Below, one piece after another: positions 59,105 to 64,000 of a stretch of DNA of 64,000 nucleotides; the stretch's first letter is position 1, and every line of letters begins with the position of its first letter. The position numbers and the translations under genes are program-made. Source of the stretch: Polyangiales bacterium (GTDB lineage Bacteria; Myxococcota_A; Polyangia; Polyangiales; Houyiibacteriaceae); NCBI GenBank assembly GCA_045106895.1, contig JBGCFM010000039.1:32001-96000 (forward strand), in the 5' to 3' direction. The notes under the pieces are model-generated. The model saw only the letters and a program-made list of their open reading frames with translations. It made no database searches and was not told the origin of the DNA.

Positions 59105-60820
59105 GTGGTCTATACCGAGCCTCCTCGCACCCGCGGCGTTCTTTTGTTCGTCGCGAGTTTTCTCTGCGTGAGTTGCTCTGATCCCTACGAAGTACGGATT
59201 CGTTTCTCGAACGCGTCGCTGCGCAGCGCAGCGACGCGTGTAGAGGTTGCCCTCGTCGAGTCATGCGAGGGACTAGTGTCGGGCCCGGCCGTCGGCGTTG
59301 TACGCCAAGTGGAATTTGGCATCGAGGAACCCATCGGAATAGGACCCGTCGACGCCGGTGAATATGGGCTCTACGTGCGTGCCACGAGTGTCGATTGCAC
59401 CGTTATTGCGACGGGCTGCTCCCAAGTGAGCATCGACAACTCTGGTGGTGTTTTGGAGGTCTTGGTGCAGCCTGCCGCCGGACAGGCATGCATCACTGGC
59501 TTCAGCTGTCGGCTGGGGCAGTGCATTCCGGGGTCGAGGGACGCGGGCAGCGGCATCGACGGGGGTCCAGATGCTGAGGTGGACAGTGGTATCTGCACGC
59601 TGCCAGTGCCCTCCGAGATCAACGTCGACCCTCCTTCGGGACAAATCGCCCTCGATTCGTTTGGCTGCATGGTCCGCGGCGGGCGGCTCTTTTGCTTCGG
59701 CCCCGCCAACGATTCCGGCCAGCTTAGCGGAAGCGCCGAGGCCTGCGAAGGTGGCGATGGGTGTCTTGAGGAGGTTGCTCATCCTGGCGGTGGCTCTTGG
59801 TCACAAGTGAGCACCGGCAGCACACACGCCTGCGCCTTCGACGAAGACGGACGACTCTTCTGCTGGGGGAGCAGCGAGTTCGGCGCGCTCGGTCGAGCCA
59901 CCGGGCGCGAGGGTGTTGCCGAGGCAGCCAGCTTCGGCGTCAGCCGCGTGAGCTGTGGTGGCAGTTTCACCTGCGCGATCAAATCCAACACGCGAACGCT
60001 CCACTGTTGGGGCAACGACGCCAGCGGCCAAACCGGCGTACTCACAGAAGGCAGCTGCGCGGGAGGCGGGGGCATGGTCGTGAGTCTTCCAACCCGAACC
60101 TCCCCACCCGAAGAGGAAGCCTGCCCACCGCTAGCGTCGAGTCCCGAGGTGGAGCTTTGGTCCGACATCACTACGAGCGCCGACACTGGGTGCTCGCTCC
60201 TCCAAGATGGTCGCGGGTACTGCTGGGGTGGCGTAGCGAATGGCACCACCGGCAACGAAGTGGCCTGCTTTCCCGGATGCCGCGCGACCTCCATCGGACG
60301 ATGGCGGCGCCTCAGCGAGAACGTTCTTCATCACCGATGTGGCATTCGAGACGACGGTGAACTCCTCTGCTGGGGCAGCAACGGACGAGGGCAGCTCGGC
60401 ATTGGCAGCGTCACGGAAGACTCAACTCCTGATGTCGGTGTGTGTGACCCCGCACCCGGCGACCGCGGCAATGAAGTCCTGCTAAGCGAAACCACCCCAG
60501 TCGCGCACCCGAGCGGCGCCAACTGGACCGATGTGTCCGCAGGCTTCTTTCATACCTGCGCCCTAGACTCCGAAGGCGCGGTTTATTGCTGGGGAGAAAA
60601 CGACCAAAACGCGGTAGCCGAAGGGGCCGAGTTCATAACAACCTCGCCCGTTCGAGTGCCTCTACCGGACGGCGTTCGCGCGACGGAGGTGCTGGCGGGC
60701 AACCGGCTCTCGTGTGCGCGTAGCGAAGATGAAGGGTTATACTGCTGGGGCGCCAGCAATATACGCTGCGCCGGCGTCGCGAACTGCCCAGCGATCCATC
60801 GTATTCCTTTCCTTGAGTAG
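59105..60820 (+). CDS. RCC1-like repeat lipoprotein
   Basis: Lipobox-like CVSC; repeated G..H.CA....G.L.CWG.N..GQLG. Start uncertain (GTG 59105 or TTG 59144). Confidence 0.82.
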   Translation: MVYTEPPRTRGVLLFVASFLCVSCSDPYEVRIRFSNASLRSAATRVEVALVESCEGLVSGPAVGVVRQVEFGIEEPIGIGPVDAGEYGLYVRATSVDCTVIATGCSQVSIDNSGGVLEVLVQPAAGQACITGFSCRLGQCIPGSRDAGSGIDGGPDAEVDSGICTLPVPSEINVDPPSGQIALDSFGCMVRGGRLFCFGPANDSGQLSGSAEACEGGDGCLEEVAHPGGGSWSQVSTGSTHACAFDEDGRLFCWGSSEFGALGRATGREGVAEAASFGVSRVSCGGSFTCAIKSNTRTLHCWGNDASGQTGVLTEGSCAGGGGMVVSLPTRTSPPEEEACPPLASSPEVELWSDITTSADTGCSLLQDGRGYCWGGVANGTTGNEVACFPGCRATSIGRWRRLSENVLHHRCGIRDDGELLCWGSNGRGQLGIGSVTEDSTPDVGVCDPAPGDRGNEVLLSETTPVAHPSGANWTDVSAGFFHTCALDSEGAVYCWGENDQNAVAEGAEFITTSPVRVPLPDGVRATEVLAGNRLSCARSEDEGLYCWGASNIRCAGVANCPAIHRIPFLE

Positions 60821-61145
60821 GTGTTCCAGCGACCTCGCCGAACGCGCCTCGTCGACCGTTCGGCGAGCCACTTCGTAGCCCAGGCTTCCGCACCGCGGCG
60901 AGGGCGTCGAGGGAGATGTCCGTAATCTCCCGCCTCGGTCTGGATGTCGCGCCTTTGTCGCCGAGGGCATCGTGCTCGACGAGGTAGCGCAGCTGGCGTT
61001 GGGCGAGGAGCTCCTCGCTGGTGATGATGTCTTCGGTCCGGTTACTGTCGCCGAGCACGCGGAGGGTGCAGGTGAGGATCGTGCGCACCTGCGACGCGCT
61101 CAGGCGCGGTAGATGAATAGGCAGCGCCGGTCTGTATTCGGCCAT
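60737..61145 (-). pseudogene. short gene or gene fragment with an apparent frameshift near 60890
   Basis: Codon bias is good from ATG 61145 to about 60895, then looks better in the adjacent frame (LGYEVARRTVDEA). Both frames run into the convergent RCC1 gene. Confidence 0.35.
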
Positions 61146-61359
61146 TCGACGAGTATAGCGCAGGGTTGCGACCGCCTAGCGAACGCGAAAACGAACGGCG
61201 TTGGAGACGAATGCACGCCTTATGGCCGCTCTTGGCTCGCTGCCAGGTCGATTCTTAGCCTGACAGGGGCGGCATTTTTAAGACCCACCTACCCTTTTAC
61301 CAAAAAACACCCCATACTAGTGACATGCGATTCTGCGACGCTTCGAAACGAATCCAAAC

Positions 61360-63000
61360 GTGATCCCTCGAACCGGCACCATCGAACTTGGCAGCTTCCG
61401 TCTCCTCGGACTGCTCGGCGAAGGCTCTTTTGCCTCCGCTTACCTCGCGGAACAGATTGGTACTGAGCGCCAGGCGGTCGTCAAAATTGCGCATCCCCAT
61501 CTGCTCGCTCGCGCTAGTGCGTCGACGCTTCGAGAACGATTTCAGGATGAGGTTAGGGCGTCAACACGCGTTCAACACCCTAACCTGGCGACGATTTTTA
61601 CGACGGGAGAAACAAGCGATGGACTGCCTGCCATTGCGATGGAGTTTGTGCCCGGCGATTCGCTAGAAGCGTGCCTCGAACGCGACGCGCCGGTATCGCC
61701 GAACGACCTGGTCTATTTCGGGCAGATCACTTCGGTTCTAGCGGCACTTCATCGGGTCAACATCATCCACCGCGACGTCACTCCGGCGAACGTCATGGTG
61801 ACCGTGGACCACGACGGTGCACCGCGAGCCATGCTCCTGGACTTCGGGATCGCGCAGCTTGGCGACTCAGCAAACTCAGGGGGTGCGATGGGCACGCCGA
61901 GATATGCTCCTCCCGAGCAGGTTGCTGGCCGCACTGTTCCGGCGTCGGACATGTATGGGTTAGGCGCGATGCTTTGGTGGGCGCTCACCGGTAGTCCCTA
62001 CCTCAACGCCATCGATACGCTCGACCGCTTGCTCTCACATCAAATGCATATGGCGAGCGTGCCGGACCCACGCTCGATAAACCCGAACATTGCACCGGAC
62101 CTCGCTGAGACCACGATGGCACTCCTCAATCCCGACCCCTCGTGTCGCCCGACGTCGGCGGAGTTGCTTCAGCGATGGCCGTCGATCATTGCCGACGGGC
62201 GGCGATGGCGTCGCCAAAATCGTCACAAGCCGTCGACGATGATGCCGGCAGCGAACGACCGACGGGACATGCGTGTCCTCGTCGTCGATCCCCACCCCGT
62301 CAAACGCCATCTTGTCTCCGCTTACGCCGAGCGGCTCGGATGTGCCGTGACCGTAACGGAGGACCCGCGGCAAGCCACGCGCGGTGCTTTGGGATCATTC
62401 GATCTGGCTGTCGTCGCGACGGAGCTGGGTCGAGTAGACTCGACGATGGTCGCAAAGCACCTCCGCGAACACTTTCCGGACCAGCGGCTCCTGCTCATGT
62501 CGAGCGAAGGCGAAAGGGTCGTCACCCCCTCCGACTGCGGCGCAGATATACATCTCCACCTGCCTGGTGAACTGGGTCGTTTCGGCGAGTACCTCAACAC
62601 TTTCCAACAACGCACTCGCAACAGCGGACGGACGCCTCTGCGCACCCTTGAAGAGAACGCTCCACTCGACGCAGCTGTTTTGGAGAGCTGGCGTAGTCGT
62701 CCGCCGGCTGAGCTACAAGAAGTGATTCGATCATTCATCGGCGCCATGCCGACGCTGATCACACAGCTCGATTTCGTACCCGGAACCGGCGCCAAGCGAG
62801 AAGTCCGGAAGAGCTGCGAATTGATCCATGCCCGCGCAACGTCGCTCGGCGCGTCGCACCTCGCACGTCTCGCTCAATCGATGCAAATGCTCCTCGATGC
62901 CGACGCGCTGCCGAACCCGGCGGCCTTCGTATCTGAAATAGAAAACGAATATGTCCGGGTTTTCCGCGATCTTCGTCAGCTCATCCACACAAACGAGTAA
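61360..63000 (+). CDS. Ser/Thr kinase fused to degenerate REC and Hpt domains
   Basis: LGEGSFASAY, VVK, HRDVTPANV, DFG, GTPRYAPPEQ; VLVVDPHP..FDLAVVA (REC-like); CELIHARATSLGA..L (Hpt-like). Confidence 0.88.
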   Translation: MIPRTGTIELGSFRLLGLLGEGSFASAYLAEQIGTERQAVVKIAHPHLLARASASTLRERFQDEVRASTRVQHPNLATIFTTGETSDGLPAIAMEFVPGDSLEACLERDAPVSPNDLVYFGQITSVLAALHRVNIIHRDVTPANVMVTVDHDGAPRAMLLDFGIAQLGDSANSGGAMGTPRYAPPEQVAGRTVPASDMYGLGAMLWWALTGSPYLNAIDTLDRLLSHQMHMASVPDPRSINPNIAPDLAETTMALLNPDPSCRPTSAELLQRWPSIIADGRRWRRQNRHKPSTMMPAANDRRDMRVLVVDPHPVKRHLVSAYAERLGCAVTVTEDPRQATRGALGSFDLAVVATELGRVDSTMVAKHLREHFPDQRLLLMSSEGERVVTPSDCGADIHLHLPGELGRFGEYLNTFQQRTRNSGRTPLRTLEENAPLDAAVLESWRSRPPAELQEVIRSFIGAMPTLITQLDFVPGTGAKREVRKSCELIHARATSLGASHLARLAQSMQMLLDADALPNPAAFVSEIENEYVRVFRDLRQLIHTNE

Positions 63001-63006
63001 TCCACC

Positions 63007-64000
63007 ATGTCCACAATACAGACCCTCGACTGTCGGGGTCAGCAATGCCCCGCGCCTATCTTGGCCACGGCACGCGCCGTAAAGAACCTTGGGACGAAAG
63101 GCGGCACTCTCGAGATCCTGGCCGACGACGACGCCTTCCCGATGGACCTGCAAAGCTGGGCGCGCAGCTCCGGCGCGGCGGTGTTGGAGTTGGCGGGCAC
63201 AGATGACGGACACCGGGCGATCATTCGTGTGGCTTCCGCCCGGCCGACGGTGGACGCTCCGCTGCAGCTCGACTGTCGCGGAATGGAGTGCCCCCAGCCC
63301 ATCCTGGAGATCGCGCGAGCGGCGCGCTCCAACCCCAAAGCGACGCTCGAGGTCGTGGCGGACGACGACGCTTTTCAAATGGACGTCGAGAGCTGGTGCC
63401 GAAGCGCCGGCGCGCAGCTGGCTTCCTTCGAGAACGAAGCGGGTGTCTACCGGGCCGTCATCACGCTCGGGGCGCCGAGGACAGGTAGTGAGACTCGGCG
63501 TGAAACACCGAAAGAGCGTGTCCCCGCTCGTTCCCCCGCACCGGCGCCATTCCAGCCATCCGTTCCCGAGTTCGAACTGGACTGCCTGGGCATGGAGTGC
63601 CCTCAACCCATTCTCGAAGTCGCTCGAAAAGCGAGGGCTCATCCCGGTGCGCTCTTCACAGTTGTCGCCGACGACGACGCCTTCGTCATGGATATTCAGA
63701 GTTGGTGCCGGACCACCAACGCGACTCTGGTCTCGATGGAGCGCGACGGTTCAACGCACAAAGCGACGGTGCAGCTGCCCTCGGTTCGGAGCGTGTCACG
63801 CCCGGAGCCGGAGCCGGAGCCGGAGCCTTCTCGCGCAGAGCACCCTGCCCCTGGAGATGTTCGAATCGAGCTGACGGCGGATGGCGTCGGGCACTGGGAA
63901 CAACAGTTGGATCACGCTGCTGCTACGCCACACGCAAGTCGTCTCGTCGTAAGTGCGGCGGGGAAAAGCGCGACGCCTCGGCTCATGCAATGGTGCCAAC
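63007..64000 (+). CDS. multi-TusA (SirA-like) sulfur-carrier protein, 5' part (runs off the window)
   Basis: Read directly; missing from the ORF track because it has no stop in the window. MSTIQTLDCRGQQCPAP.., LDCRGMECPQP (63268), LDCLGMECPQP (63577), each followed by ADDDAF..D..SW. A fourth, degenerate copy starts near 63860. Confidence 0.9.
   Translation, partial: MSTIQTLDCRGQQCPAPILATARAVKNLGTKGGTLEILADDDAFPMDLQSWARSSGAAVLELAGTDDGHRAIIRVASARPTVDAPLQLDCRGMECPQPILEIARAARSNPKATLEVVADDDAFQMDVESWCRSAGAQLASFENEAGVYRAVITLGAPRTGSETRRETPKERVPARSPAPAPFQPSVPEFELDCLGMECPQPILEVARKARAHPGALFTVVADDDAFVMDIQSWCRTTNATLVSMERDGSTHKATVQLPSVRSVSRPEPEPEPEPSRAEHPAPGDVRIELTADGVGHWEQQLDHAAATPHASRLVVSAAGKSATPRLMQWCQ

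Noticed and set aside
63089..63874. 261-aa ORF in the track
   Set aside because: Off-frame shadow of the TusA-repeat gene starting at 63007.

Overview
GC-rich bacterial DNA whose gene content points to Myxococcota, probably Polyangiales/Sandaracinaceae-like (inference). The supporting genes are three Hanks-type Ser/Thr kinases, FHA/PP2C modules, many Cys-rich and RCC1-repeat lipoproteins with Asp-Ala-Gly linkers, a TraB-like OmpA/TSP3 protein and an AgmX/TonB-C-like TPR protein. About 46 CDS are supported. Housekeeping genes include pruA, kbl-tdh, a phosphohexomutase, two POT transporters and a PaaZ/BoxD-type aldehyde dehydrogenase. I saw no rRNA, tRNA, CRISPR array or transposase. The top candidate system is at 31160-32785: a PlpX-type 'splicease' radical SAM/SPASM enzyme directly downstream of a small Zn-ribbon/lipoprotein-like ORF whose only YG motif falls on the lipobox cysteine (LMA-C-Y-G), behind a sigma54-like promoter. 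This suggests a lipidated, tyramine-spliced ketoamide surface protein. Other notable items: a protein with 3-4 tandem TusA domains (absent from the ORF track, runs off the right edge) next to a kinase-pseudoREC-pseudoHpt fusion; a five-gene REC/beta-barrel/FecR-lipoprotein/hybrid kinase/RCC1 operon with no ECF sigma; an FHA-pseudoprotease; a 15/19 Fur box before a kinase; and a structured leader before the TraB-like gene. All family calls come from recognising motifs by eye; no database searches were run.
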